Positions 27,424 to 37,684 of a stretch of 64,000 bases of DNA are shown one piece after another (position 1 is the stretch's first letter; the number at the start of each line of letters is the position of its first letter). This DNA comes from an uncultured Verrucomicrobiae bacterium (lineage in GTDB: Bacteria; Verrucomicrobiota; Verrucomicrobiia; Limisphaerales; UBA11358). The notes beneath the pieces were generated by a model. It was given only the letters and a program-made list of their open reading frames with translations, was not told the DNA's origin and searched no databases. The translations under genes and the position numbers were made by a program. The DNA lies in NCBI GenBank assembly GCA_963711945.1, contig CAVQGB010000001.1, forward strand, positions 406,865 to 470,864, written 5' to 3'.

Positions 27424-28116
27424 TTATGGAGCTTCAAACCTCCACACGCCATCGCGATTTTTTTCATCGTCTGGATTCTTGGGCAAATTGTGAAGCCCAC
27501 CAACTGCCCAATGGAGTTGCATTTTGATTCCTTTAATTCTCTCATTGCCGGGCATTGAGCCTTCCATTCTGAACTGAACATAGCCGACAAACGGCTGATG
27601 CTTTTCAAAGAAATCCGGCTGGCGTTGCAAAATCCACTTCACCGCTGCTTCTTCGTCGTTGCGCCAGGGCACATCCATTTTTGAATATTCTGAAAAAAAT
27701 TGGTCATAGTCCCCGCTTGCGCTTTGCGGCACTTCAATCAATCCATGATGCTGGTCAAGTGCCTGCCATGAAGACCAATGCTTTTTGTCGGGACTATATC
27801 GAACATAAAACGAACTGCTGTCGGGTGGCTGGGAATCAATTTCTACCGTCACGTTAGCTGCCCGCGCTGGTCGCCAAGAAGTGCCGATTGCAACGGGAAT
27901 GCTTTGAATCCAGAAATCTCGATACATATTTGTTTGCCCAACGCCCCAACCCAGCCCGTTCGTTGAAACCATAAACTTATCTGGTTCCGACAGGATGGCA
28001 TTTGTAATTGCCACGGCTGGGTTGGTAAAGCTGACAACGATCTCATTGAATCCGAAAATTACCGCGTGAGCAGAAACGGAGGCCAGCAATGCAACGATGA
28101 TTGTCAGTTTTTTCAC
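27424..28116 (-). CDS. secreted hypothetical protein (AT-richer than its neighbours)
   Basis: The GTG start at 28116 overlaps the trpB stop (GTGA). The signal peptide is [17 protein letters not shown]. Confidence 0.55.
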   Translation of the reverse strand: MKKLTIIVALLASVSAHAVIFGFNEIVVSFTNPAVAITNAILSEPDKFMVSTNGLGWGVGQTNMYRDFWIQSIPVAIGTSWRPARAANVTVEIDSQPPDSSSFYVRYSPDKKHWSSWQALDQHHGLIEVPQSASGDYDQFFSEYSKMDVPWRNDEEAAVKWILQRQPDFFEKHQPFVGYVQFRMEGSMPGNERIKGIKMQLHWAVGGLHNLPKNPDDEKNRDGVWRFEAP

Positions 28117-29331
28117 TTCGGCATTTCCAATTTCACCTTCGCCGCCACTTGCGCCACGTCTTTGTCGCCGCGGCCGGAGAGGTTCACGATGATGAGTTTG
28201 GTCCTGCGCCAGCTTCGGCGCGCGCTGCATGCACTTCGGCCACGGCGTGGGCGCTTTCCAGCGCGGGGATGATGCCTTCCAGGCGCGCGAGTTTCATGAA
28301 CGCCTCCAGCGCCTTGCCGTCGGTGGCGTAGGTGTATTCCACGCGTTTGCGGTCGCGCAGCCAGGCGTGTTCGGGCCCGACGGCGGCGTAGTCCAGCCCG
28401 GCGCAGACGCTGTGGGTGAGCTGGATCTGGCCGTACTCGTCCTGCAAAAGGTAGCTGCGCGTGCCTTGCAACACGCCGAGCGAGCCGCCCTGAAACCGCG
28501 CGGCGTGCTTTGCCGGCTTGATGCCTTCGCCCGCCCGCCTCCACGCCGACCATCTTCACGGATTCGTCCTTGAGGAACGGATAGAACAGGCCCATCGCAT
28601 TGGAGCCGCCGCCGACGCAGGCGACGAGCAGGTCGGGCAGGCGCTTTTCCTTTTCCAGGATCTGCCGGCGGGCTTCGTCGCCGATGACGCGCTGGAAATT
28701 GCGCACCATCAGCGGATAGGGATGCGCGCCATAGACCGTGCCGAGGATGTAATGCGTGGTGCGGACGTTGGTGACCCAGTCGCGCATGGCTTCGTTGATG
28801 GCTTCCTTGAGCGTCTGCTGGCCGGCGTTGACGGGCACGACCTCCGCGCCGAGCATTTTCATGCGATAAACATTGAGCGCCTGCCGCTCGCAATCCACCG
28901 CGCCCATGTAGACGACGCACTTCAACCCGAACATCGCCGCGACGGTGGCGGTGGCGACGCCGTGCTGCCCGCGCCGGTCTCGGCGATGATGCGCGTCTTG
29001 CCCATGCGCCGGGCGAGCAGGATCTGGCCGATGCAGTTGTTGATCTTGTGCGCGCCGGTGTGGAGCAGGTCTTCGCGTTTGAGATAAATCTTCGCGCCGC
29101 CCAGTTCGCGCGTGAGGCGTTCGGCAAAATAAAGCGGCGTGGGCCGTCCGCAAAATTCCTTGAGGTAGTACTCGAAAGCTCGCGCTGGAACTCCGGGTCC
29201 TGCTGCGCGCGGAAATATTCGGCCTCCAGCTCCTGCAACGGGTGCATCAGCGTCTCCGGCACGAATCGTCCGCCGTAGGGGCCGAAATGGCCGGTGGCGT
29301 CGGGTAATTTATCCGCAGTAACTGAACTCAT
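28113..29331 (-). pseudogene. trpB: tryptophan synthase beta chain; at least 3-4 single-nt frameshifts
   Basis: The blocks [15 protein letters not shown] / [17 protein letters not shown] / ETGAG|QHGVATA / GGGSNAMG / [13 protein letters not shown] / LSGRGDKD occur in order but in alternating frames. For example ggcagcac near 28967 should read ggccagcac. Confidence 0.9.
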
Positions 29332-29378
29332 CCCGCAATTCTCACGCAAAGGCGCAATGGGCGCAAAGGAATTTGTGC

Positions 29379-29678
29379 TTATTCAAAATCGTAGACGACG
29401 ATCTTTTTCACCAGACGTTTCACGTATTTTCCGACGAATTCGAGATGCTGGGGATGCACTTGGTATTCCTGTTCGGTCTTTTTGTCCGGAAAAATGAGGT
29501 TCAATGCCACCTGATAACTTTGCTCCACGACCGGACGCGCGCTGGGTGACATTTTGCCCACTTGAAAATGGGTCGCGCCGGGAATGTCTTTCAAATGCTT
29601 ATGAGCGCCAGCGATCAGCTCTTCCGCGGCGGACGGCAATGCCGGGTCCGTCCAAAATATAACAATGTGCGATAGCAT
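29379..29678 (-). CDS. Dabb (stress-responsive alpha/beta barrel) domain protein
   Basis: [12 protein letters not shown]...HLKDIPG...[11 protein letters not shown]. Confidence 0.7.
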   Translation of the reverse strand: MLSHIVIFWTDPALPSAAEELIAGAHKHLKDIPGATHFQVGKMSPSARPVVEQSYQVALNLIFPDKKTEQEYQVHPQHLEFVGKYVKRLVKKIVVYDFE

Positions 29679-29754
29679 GGCGCTATCGTCCGGCGTCGTG
29701 CGCCTCACCGCAAGGAAATTTAGGTAGTGTCCTAATTTCAATGGTGGCGCGCCT

Positions 29755-29792
29755 CGCGCTGCGAAGCGCGTCGGGTCGCGGCGCGACCCGAC
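29755..29792. repeat. two adjacent GC-rich hairpins (REP-like)
   Basis: The hairpins are CGCGCT-gcga-AGCGCG and gtcgggtcgcg-g-cgcgacccgac. Confidence 0.8.
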
Positions 29793-29824
29793 CCACGAAT
29801 TCAGAATACTACCGAAATGTTACA

Positions 29825-29884
29825 CGCCTTAACCGCCGCGACGAGCGCGTTGAGCGAGGCCTTGGCGTCGCCGAAAAGCATCCG
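29825..29884. repeat. 60-bp duplicate (58/60 identical) of the pntB 3-prime coding end
   Basis: It aligns with 33636-33695. Both encode MLFGDAKASLNALVAAVKA on the minus strand. Confidence 0.9.
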
Positions 29885-30116
29885 GCTTTTTTTCTTGTCC
29901 TGAACTGGCGGCCCATAAGGTTTCAGTAACTGTTCATCAATCGGCGGGTGGCCTTGCGCCTGCCACCAGTCGGCGCATGCCAGCTTCGAACCGAAAAGCC
30001 CTGAATACTCGCTTGTCACCCGCCGATGAAAGCGTAAAATCGGATGAATGAACCCGTCGCACAAGCAAATCTCCCTGAACCACGCAGCGTCTAACAAAGC
30101 AATTCCCAATTCGTTT

Positions 30117-31681
30117 ATGTCTATAACCCGTATCGCGCTCACCCTGGTTTTTTCAGCGGCCATCGGCGTCATTGCCCCCTTCGACCCTGGCCGCCCAACC
30201 CACCGACGCCGTCGCCTTTGACAACGGCAAAGGCGCCTTCGCCACCGGCAAATACCGAAACCTCTTCGCCGAAATCGGCAAATCCGACGCCGAGATCAAA
30301 GCCAAAGTTGACCAGGCTTACAAACAACTCTTTGAAGGCGACCTCAAAACCCAGCGCCTCTTCATCCCCGCCGGAACAAACGACAACGGCCCGCTGGCCT
30401 ACATCCCCGACATCCAGCACACCGACGTCCGCTCCGAAGGCATGTCCTACGGCATGATGATCGCTGTCCAGATGAATAAGAAGGAAGCTTTCGACGCCCT
30501 GTGGAACTGGTCCCACACCTACATGTATCACGCCGATACCAATCACCCCAGCTACGGCTATTTCTCCTGGGAGATGAACTACGACGGCACCGCCATCTCC
30601 GAAGGCGCCGCGCCCGATGGCGAAGAATATTACTGCCATGTCCCTCCTCTTCGCCGCCAACCGCTGGGGCAATGGCAAAGGCATCTACGACTACAAAACC
30701 ATGGCCAACAAAATCCTCACCGACATGGTCCATCGTCAATCCGGCGGCAACGGCCGGATGAACAACGCCGGCCGCAAAATCCCCTCCCCACGCATCCCCG
30801 CCGACCCCTACGAAATGGGAACCGTTTACGTCCAAATGTCCGACTACACCCCCGACACCAACGCCCCCCAAGGCGGCCGACGCGGCGGCATGCGCGGATT
30901 CGGCGGCATGGCCGGCGGCGGCACGAACTTCGCAGGCGGCCGTTTTGGCGGCTTCGGTGGGGGCACCAACCAATTCGGCACCAATTTTGCCGCTGGTCGC
31001 CGCGGCGGCTTCGGTGGTTTTGGCGGCATGGGTGGCGGTGGAGGCCGCGGTGGCGCTCCCCGCATGAACAACATGGTGGATCTCGATTACAAGATGATAC
31101 GCTTCGTTGCTGGCGCCGGAAACACTGACCCCTCCTATCATCTCCCCGCGTTCTACGAACTCTGGGCCCGCTGGGGCCCCTCCGAAGACAGCCAGCTCTG
31201 GTATGACGCCGCCCAAGCCTCCCGCGACCTCTATGTCAAAGTCGCCAACCCCGTCACCGGCCTTTGCCCCAATCAATGCGCTTTCGACGGTTCTTCCGGC
31301 TCCTACTTCATGGAGGACGCCTGGCGTTGTTCCATGAACTGGTCGGTGGACTGGAATTGGTTCCAGAAAGACCCCCGCCAACAGGTGCTCTCGGACAACA
31401 TCCAGAAATTCTTTGAATCCAAAGGCGATAAATACAACGACCATTGGGTCCTCGACGGCTCACAGTCCCGGCGCAACCGCCACTCGCCCGGCCTGGTCGC
31501 CACGGTCGGTGTCGCCTCCCTCGCCGCCACGGATAAAGACCGCGCCAAGAAATTCGCCGAAGACCTCTGGAACCTCGACGTCCCCTCCTCGCTGGTTTTC
31601 CGATACTACGACGGCCTCTTGTATATGATGTGCATGCTCAACGCCTCGGGCCAATTCCAGGCCATCATGCCTCAGAAGTAA
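30117..31681 (+). pseudogene. glycoside hydrolase family 8 (Rex-like), secreted; 2 frameshifts (near 30175 and 30640) and a 306-bp low-complexity insertion
   Basis: Signal peptide MSITRIALTLVFSAAIGVIA. Motifs VRSEGMSYGMMIAV, APDGEEY, SYHLPAFYELWARWG and YYDGLLYMMCMLNASG. Confidence 0.75.
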
Positions 31682-31739
31682 CAAGCCGTCCTTGGAACAA
31701 TTCCGCCCACGGATTATGAATCCGTGGGCGTTTATTCAT

Positions 31740-32323
31740 TCATACAACCTGAAGCTGTTGCGGTTTTGATGTAGCGCAGACGTTGAGGCATGGCGGGTAT
31801 GCATTCACATCTGCGCCAGCGTCAATGAGGATGCGGATAAGCTCTTTGTCTATAGGTTCGTTCCTCACTGCCACGTGGAGTGGGGTTTGTGATAGATAAT
31901 GGCTGTCGTTCACTCTTGCGCCAGACCGCAGAAGTAATCTCACTGCGTCGCGATAATATTTATCTGCGGCTAAATAGAGAGGATTGACAGGCGATAGTGT
32001 GTTTGGCTGTTGAACCGCGGTTAAGCATCTGCACCCCCAGCAATGAGAGCTCCAACCACCGACGCGATCACTTCGGCGGGGACACAGGGCTTTGACAAGG
32101 CGGTTCCGAGGGGCGTGTGGCCACTTCTGCACCATGAGTTGAAGTTGGCCCCTTGTTTACTTAGCCTCTCAATTTCATCAGCATTGCCTTGATATGCGTA
32201 GTAGTGCAGTTCGCTAAAGCCGTTTGCGGATACAAGTCTTTGATCGTCCCTAGACAAACTCGATTGCCAATTTCCTGTGCTTTGGGAAGTCTTGTCTTCA
32301 CCAAGTAAATTTTGCGGATGCAA
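31740..32323 (-). pseudogene. ankyrin-repeat protein; one frameshift near 32030
   Basis: The ANK-like units are GFSELHYYAYQGNADEIERLSKQGANFN, ..GHTPLGTAL.. and ..QTPLHVAVRNEPIDKELIRILIDAGADVN. The region is AT-rich. Confidence 0.6.
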
Positions 32324-32735
32324 CAGACGTAGAATCGTCAGCGTCCTTGATTTCAGGAGCGTGCTTTATCATTGTTTTCAGACGGAGAAATACAGGATCC
32401 CCTTCTAGGGATTGCCTGTTTCCCGCATAGACCCAAGCCTCACTTTTCTTGGGAAACACGATGAGGGCTGTTTCCAGTTTAAGATACTGAATGGTTAAGC
32501 CCGACGATGTTGTGACGTTTTGCAGGAAGCCTCTGTCGGCTGAATCAGTAAATTCAACCGAGTCGGCATTCGTCTTTGCAGTCGCATTGGAAAGCGCTTC
32601 GTAGCCAACACGAACTATTGCACTTGTAACATCATCCTTCTCTTTTTGATTCCCGCAACTTGTGGACGTGAATACTAGTAGAGCAAGCAATATGTGGAAA
32701 ACGATCCTAACGAGTGTCGCAATCGGGTTGAGCAA
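32298..32735 (-). CDS. putative lipoprotein, hypothetical (start uncertain)
   Basis: ..IVFHILLALLVFTSTSCGNQKEKDD is lipobox-like. The region is AT-rich. Confidence 0.4.
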   Translation of the reverse strand: MLNPIATLVRIVFHILLALLVFTSTSCGNQKEKDDVTSAIVRVGYEALSNATAKTNADSVEFTDSADRGFLQNVTTSSGLTIQYLKLETALIVFPKKSEAWVYAGNRQSLEGDPVFLRLKTMIKHAPEIKDADDSTSVASAKFTW

Positions 32736-33150
32736 CAGTTTCCGAACGACTGTCGCAATATTTGCATGATGCCCTAGCCACCGCGCAAGCGGAGGTGAGA
32801 CTTGGTAGTATAACTCCACTAAGTGCCTCAATGAATTCACAGATAGCCGTATCGTTTTCGATCATATCCTGGTTCGATGCAAAATGCAGGTTTGCCTTGC
32901 AGGTTGGACAGTTTCCAAGCGCTATTGCCGTCGGATTGGAGCAAGCAAAGCAGAAAGTTTTCCGACAATTAGGACAATATCCGCCAAGTTTGTGCAGAAC
33001 GTCTGTGGAGAAGTAAGGCACACCATCGCTCGGCAATGGCGTATGCAGGAGAAGCACCACGTTTTGTGTGCATTTATCACAAATGGCATGAAGTGATTCT
33101 TTCGCCTTTGATGCCGCTTCAATCCTGGTGATATGTTGTGGTGATCGCAT
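32707..33150 (-). CDS. Cys-rich zinc-ribbon protein, hypothetical
   Basis: The ATG at 33150 has an AGGAGAA Shine-Dalgarno. Cys pairs: CDKC..CPNC..CFAC..CPTC. Confidence 0.45.
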   Translation of the reverse strand: MRSPQHITRIEAASKAKESLHAICDKCTQNVVLLLHTPLPSDGVPYFSTDVLHKLGGYCPNCRKTFCFACSNPTAIALGNCPTCKANLHFASNQDMIENDTAICEFIEALSGVILPSLTSACAVARASCKYCDSRSETVAQPDCDTR

Positions 33151-33455
33151 TGCATTTTCTCCTTTTTCGATCTTTGAAGGTGAAGGGTTCACCCATTAGC
33201 GTGAACGGTTCTTGGTTTTGATAACTCTGCTAACATTGTGCCTTCAAATTGGCGGCAGCCCTTCGTAAAACGTGTTAGCCGCCTCGAAAATGTTGGCGGT
33301 GACGGGAGCTGGTCGGATTGGGAAATAAGAATGGCAGGCGAGTTGACGCCATCAGTGAGACTTCGGATGCCGCCCGGTTCCTCATGCGTTGCTTTTTGCA
33401 TTTTCAAGAGGCACACCGACCGCGTCAATTTCTATTTACATGATTTTTGACCGCA

Positions 33456-33624
33456 GATTAACACGGATGGACACGGAAAAAAAGCCGATTTAACGCAGAG
33501 GCGCGGAGAACGCGGAGGAGCGGAAAGAATTTGAATAATCTCCGCGAACCTTGGCGTCCTCTGCGTCTCTGCGATTGGTCTTCAATTTGGAAATCCGCGT
33601 TTATCCGTGTTAATCCGTGGTTAA
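33456..33624. repeat. ~170-bp imperfect foldback (MITE-like) directly after the pntB stop
   Basis: The outer arms gattaacacggatggacacgg / ccgcgtttatccgtgttaatccgtgg and the inner stem CGCGGAG..CTCCGCG are mutually complementary. Confidence 0.75.
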
Positions 33625-33629
33625 TAATT

Positions 33630-35053
33630 TCAACTCGCCTTCACCGCCGCGACGAGCGCGTTGAGCGAGGCCTTGGCGTCGCCGAACAGCATCCGCGTGT
33701 TGTCCTTGTAGAAGAGATGGTTTTCGATGCCGGCAAAACCGGCGGCCATCGAGCGTTTCATCACGATGCACGGTCTTGCAATGGTCGGCGTCAATGATGG
33801 GCATGCCGTAAATCGGGCTGGATTTGTCCTCGCGCGCGGCGGGGTTCACCACGTCGTTCGCGCCGATGACGAGGCACACATCCACGCGGTCCATCGAGGG
33901 ATTGATCTGCTCCATTTCGATGAGCTGGTCGTAGGGCACGTTCGCCTCGGCGAGCAGCACGTTCATGTGGCCGGGCATGCGGCCGGCGACGGGATGAATC
34001 GCAAACTGCACCTCGACGCCGCGCTTGCCGAGTTCGTCGGAAAGTTCGCGCACGGAATGTTGCGCCTGCGCCACGGCCATGCCGTAACCGGGAACGACCA
34101 CGACGCGCTGCGCGTAGGCCAGCAGCAACGCCACTTCGTCGGCCTGAATCGGCTTGACCGTTCCGGCAATACCGCCGGCGGCAGCCGCACCGCCGCCGCT
34201 GGAGCCGAACGCGCCGAACAAAACATTCGTGACCGGGCGGTTCATCGCCTTGCACATGAGCAGCGTCAGCAGCGTGCCGGACGAGCCGACCAGCGTGCCC
34301 GCGACAATCATCGCGTTGTTGTTGATGGCAAAACCGTCCGCCGCGACCGCGAGGCCGGTGAAGGAGTTGAGCAGCGAAATGACCACCGGCATGTCCGCGC
34401 CGCCGATGGGCATGACCATCGCGATGCCGAAAAACAGCGCCAGCGAGAACATCACGATGAACGCGATGACGGCGTTGTGGCCGGTGGCATTGAACGTGAG
34501 CCAGCCGCACAAGCCGAGAATCACCAGCAAAATCAGGCCGTTCAGGAAATTCTGGCCGGGGAAGGTGTGCGGCTTTTCAAATTTTCCCTCCAGTTTCAGA
34601 TACGCGATGATGCTGCCGGAAAACGAGAGCGAGCCGATGAGCGTGGCGAACAGCATCGGAATCGTGATGGCTCGCCGAGGGATCGTGCAGTTCCGGCAGC
34701 TTGATGCCGGCAATTCCGGCGGGTTGCGCGCCTTTCATGAATTCCAGGCTCGCGACCAGCGCCGCCGCGCCGCCGCCGAGGCCGTTGAAGAGCGCGACCA
34801 TCTGCGGCATCGCGGTCATCTTCACCGAATACGCGCCCATCGCGCCGATGACGAGACCGATGACGATGCCGATGACGATGAGCAAATAATTGCCGCCGTG
34901 CGTCCAGATGTTTCCGCCGTCCGGCTTGCTCAAAATGACAAAGCCGATCAGCATGCCCGCCGCGGCAACGAGATTTCCAGTCCGCGCGGTCTTCGGCGAA
35001 CTCAAAAACTTGATGCCGAGAATGAACAGGACCGAGACGCCAATGAGAATCAA
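33630..35053 (-). pseudogene. pntB: NAD(P) transhydrogenase beta subunit; frameshifts near 34690 and 33770
   Basis: ..GGAAALVASLEF.. / ..PIGGADMPVVISLLNSFTGLA..VVVPGYGMAVAQAQH..IHPVAGRMPGHMNVLLAEA..VIGANDVVNPAA.. / ..MLFGDAKASLNALVAAVKAS. Confidence 0.9.
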
Positions 35054-35070
35054 AGCAACTGGTGTTCATG

Positions 35071-35346
35071 TTATTTCTTTTTCTTGAACATTTGCAGCAT
35101 CCGGTCCGTGACCATGAAACCGCCGAAGACGTTGGCCGAACCGAAGACGACCGCGACAAATCCCAGCACCTTGGTGAGCGTGTCGCCCGCGTCCGCCAGC
35201 ACCAGGATGCCGCCGAACAAAATGATGCCGTGAATGGCGTTGGTGCCGGACATCAGCGGCGTGTGCAGCATCGAGGGCACTTTGGAGATGACTTCAAACC
35301 CCACGAAAATCGCGAGGACGAAGATGAACAGAATGTTGGTATCCAT
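35071..35346 (-). CDS. pntA: NAD(P) transhydrogenase alpha subunit part 2 (membrane)
   Basis: MDTNILFIFVLAIFVGFEVISKVPSMLHTPLMSGTNAIHGI.. Confidence 0.85.
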   Translation of the reverse strand: MDTNILFIFVLAIFVGFEVISKVPSMLHTPLMSGTNAIHGIILFGGILVLADAGDTLTKVLGFVAVVFGSANVFGGFMVTDRMLQMFKKKK

Positions 35347-35352
35347 AAAATG

Positions 35353-36488
35353 TTAACTGGTTTTGGGCATGAGTTTTTCGTTCACAATCTTGCCGCCGTG
35401 CGTGACGAGGCAGCCCTTGATGATTTCGTCGTCGAGCTTGAGGTTGAAAACTTTTTCCTTCTTGTCCCAGAATTCCTCAATGAGGCTCACGAGGTTCGCG
35501 GCGTAAACCTGGCTGGCGTGCAGCGGCGCGCGACCGGGCAGATTCGCGATGCCGATGATTTTCACGCCGTTGCGGTCGGTCACTTTGTCGTAAACCACGC
35601 CTTCGACGTTGCCGCCGGTTTCCACCGCCATGTCCACCACCACGCTGCCGGGCTTCATGGCGTTGAGCATTTCGGCGGTGACGAGCACCGGCGCTTTGCG
35701 CCCGAACACCTGCGCCGTGGTGATGACCACGTCGGAATCGCCGCAGGTCTTGTTCATCGCCTGCGCGCTGCTTTTGGATTTGCTCCTCCGTCAGCGCCTT
35801 CGCGTAGCCGTCCTTCGTCTGGCCGGTTTCGCCGAGATCAATTTTCAGGAATTGTGCGCCGAGCGATTTCACCTGTTCCTCGACCACGGGCCGCGTGTCG
35901 TAGGCGGTGACTTTCGCACCGAGCCGTTTCGCCGTGGCAATCGCCTGCAATCCGGCCACGCCGACGCCGATGATGAAAACCTTCGACGGCAGAATCGTTC
36001 CCGCCGCCGTGGTCATCATGGGGAAAATCTTGTTGGAATAGCGCGCCGCGAGAATCACCGCCTCGTAACCGCCGAGGTTCGCCTGCGACGACAGCACGTC
36101 CATTTTCTGCGCGCGGGTCGTGCGCGGGATGAATTCCATGCTGATGGCGCTCACGCCGCGCTCGGCGAATTTCTGGACCAGTTCCTTTTCGTTGAACGGA
36201 TCGAGCAGGCTCGCGTGGATGGCGCCCTGCTTGAGCCACGCGATTTCCTCCACCGGCGGTTTGCGCAGGCGCAGCACGATGTCGCCGGAGCCGACGAGCG
36301 CCTTGCGGTCGGCGGACAGCATCGCGCCGGCCTTGGTGTAAGGCTTCGTCCGGAAAACCGGCGGCCACGCCGAGGCCGGCCTCGACCTCCACCTGCGCGC
36401 CGAGCTTGACCAGCTTGCCTGCGGCGTCCGGCATCAATGGCGCGCGGGTCTCGCCCGGATGCGTCTCTTTTGGAACTGAAATTTTCAT
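35353..36488 (-). pseudogene. pntA: NAD(P) transhydrogenase alpha subunit part 1; frameshifts near 36340 and 35760
   Basis: MKISVPKETHPGETRAPL.. / ..SQANLGGYEAVILAA..VFIIGVGVAGLQAIATAKRLGA.. / ..VVITTAQVFGRKAPVLV.. Confidence 0.9.
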
Positions 36489-36640
36489 TGTTCGAAAACT
36501 TGTGCGGCGCATTATAGCACAGTCCGGCCCCGGCGAAACTCAAAAGTTGTCTTTTTCCAATCATCTATTGGCGTGTCTAATTTTATAGATGAATTATTCT
36601 TCACAATTAAGCGGCGCAACGCAGTTAACGGTGTTAATGG

Positions 36641-36930
36641 TTGTGGCGCGGCCCGCCAGACCCGCACCGTCACCTCTTGCGCCAGGCAGGAAGGCGGGAG
36701 CGTGATGCCAAGCTAGAAGAATACGACGTGGACGGCGTGCTGGCGTTCGCATCGCACGTCATTTTGAACGCAGCGCGGCTCTGGCTGGAGTTTTCGAGCG
36801 ACCAGAAACAGCGGTTGCAAAAGATGCTTTTCCCGCAAGGAGTCAGTTTTGCGGACGGGATTTATAAAATCCGCCGAAACCTGCTTGATTTTCAAGCTGT
36901 TAGAGGAATCCGAAGGCGAAAAAACAAGTT
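36641..36930 (+). pseudogene. possible C-terminal remnant of a tyrosine integrase reading into the tRNA-derived repeat
   Basis: ..LAFASHVILNAARLWLEFSSDQKQRLQKMLFPQGVSFADG.. resembles C-terminal extensions of some integrases (from memory only). There is no catalytic domain upstream. Confidence 0.25.
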
Positions 36931-37075
36931 TGGCGACCCTACCGGGAATCGAACCCTGTTTCGCCATTTTTAACAATCTCCGCAAATCACTACGGAAACC
37001 GCATGATTAAAGGGTGGAATCGCTGTTTCAAAAGAAATGCGCGCGGCGCGTGAAAACGGTATTTTGACACAAAAA

Positions 37076-37095
37076 GTGTTGGCAAGTGTTGGCAA
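37076..37095 (+). promoter_or_regulatory. tandem GTGTTGGCAA x2, candidate integrase arm-type site (left end)
   Basis: The same 9-10-mer pair occurs at 41343-41361 near the other island end, in the same orientation. Confidence 0.45.
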
Positions 37096-37378
37096 ACTTT
37101 TTGACGGTTCACGGCGGCGGCGCGGTTCGCCTCTGGCGCGGACGCGGAATTGCCCGCTGTGCTGACTCGCGCCGGGTGTTCGGGCGCGGCGTGGGGCAGC
37201 GTGGCGCGTCCGGCGCGGCAAGCAGGTGCGTTTAGGGAGTCTCCTTTGAGGCTGCCGGCAGCAAGGCAATCATGCACTCCTGCCGGTCTCTATGCGCCAA
37301 CTTTTCACAAAAAAACGCACATATTCATATCAACGGATACGGCGCAAGGAACATTCGCAGGCTTGACTTGTTATCGCC

Positions 37379-37678
37379 ATGCGATATGTTGTCCCGGTGA
37401 TTGTCACTTTCGCCTGTGCGGAAACCGAACGCATCTTTCGCGGGGAACGCTCGCGGAGATTGCCGCCGGACATTCAGAACACGGCGCGGCGCAAACTCGA
37501 ATACTTGCACCGCGCGCGGCGGTTGGAAGATTTGCGGATGCCGCCGGGCAACCGGCTGGAAGCGTTGAAGGGTGGTCGCAAAGGCTGGCACAGCATCCGC
37601 ATCAATGACCAGTGGCGGATTTGTTTTGAATGGCGCGACGGCAACGCGGCGGAAGTCGAAATCGTGGACTATCACTGA
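37379..37678 (+). CDS. higB: HigB-like (RelE/ParE superfamily) toxin
   Basis: ..RRKLEYLHRARRLEDLRMPPGNRLEALKGGRKGWHSIRINDQWRICFEW.. Confidence 0.8.
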   Translation: MRYVVPVIVTFACAETERIFRGERSRRLPPDIQNTARRKLEYLHRARRLEDLRMPPGNRLEALKGGRKGWHSIRINDQWRICFEWRDGNAAEVEIVDYH

Positions 37679-37684
37679 AAATTT

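Noticed and set aside
28113-29331. Programmed frameshifting or recoding as the explanation for broken housekeeping genes (trpB, proA, ychF and others).
   Set aside because: There are no slippery heptamers at the break points and the breaks go in both directions, several per gene. Only the IS630 transposase site fits a recoding signal.
29801-30172. The 123-aa ORF between the Dabb gene and GH8.
   Set aside because: Its last 26 codons are simply the duplicated pntB 3-prime end. Its 5-prime end overlaps the GH8 signal-peptide region. It has no recognisable domain. It is most likely a by-product of the duplication.
30844-31074. Pro/Gly-rich ORFs on the minus strand across the GH8 insertion (30362-31444, 30844-31074).
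   Set aside because: They are mirror images of the Gly-rich coding repeat. The plus-strand frame continues seamlessly into conserved GH8 motifs.
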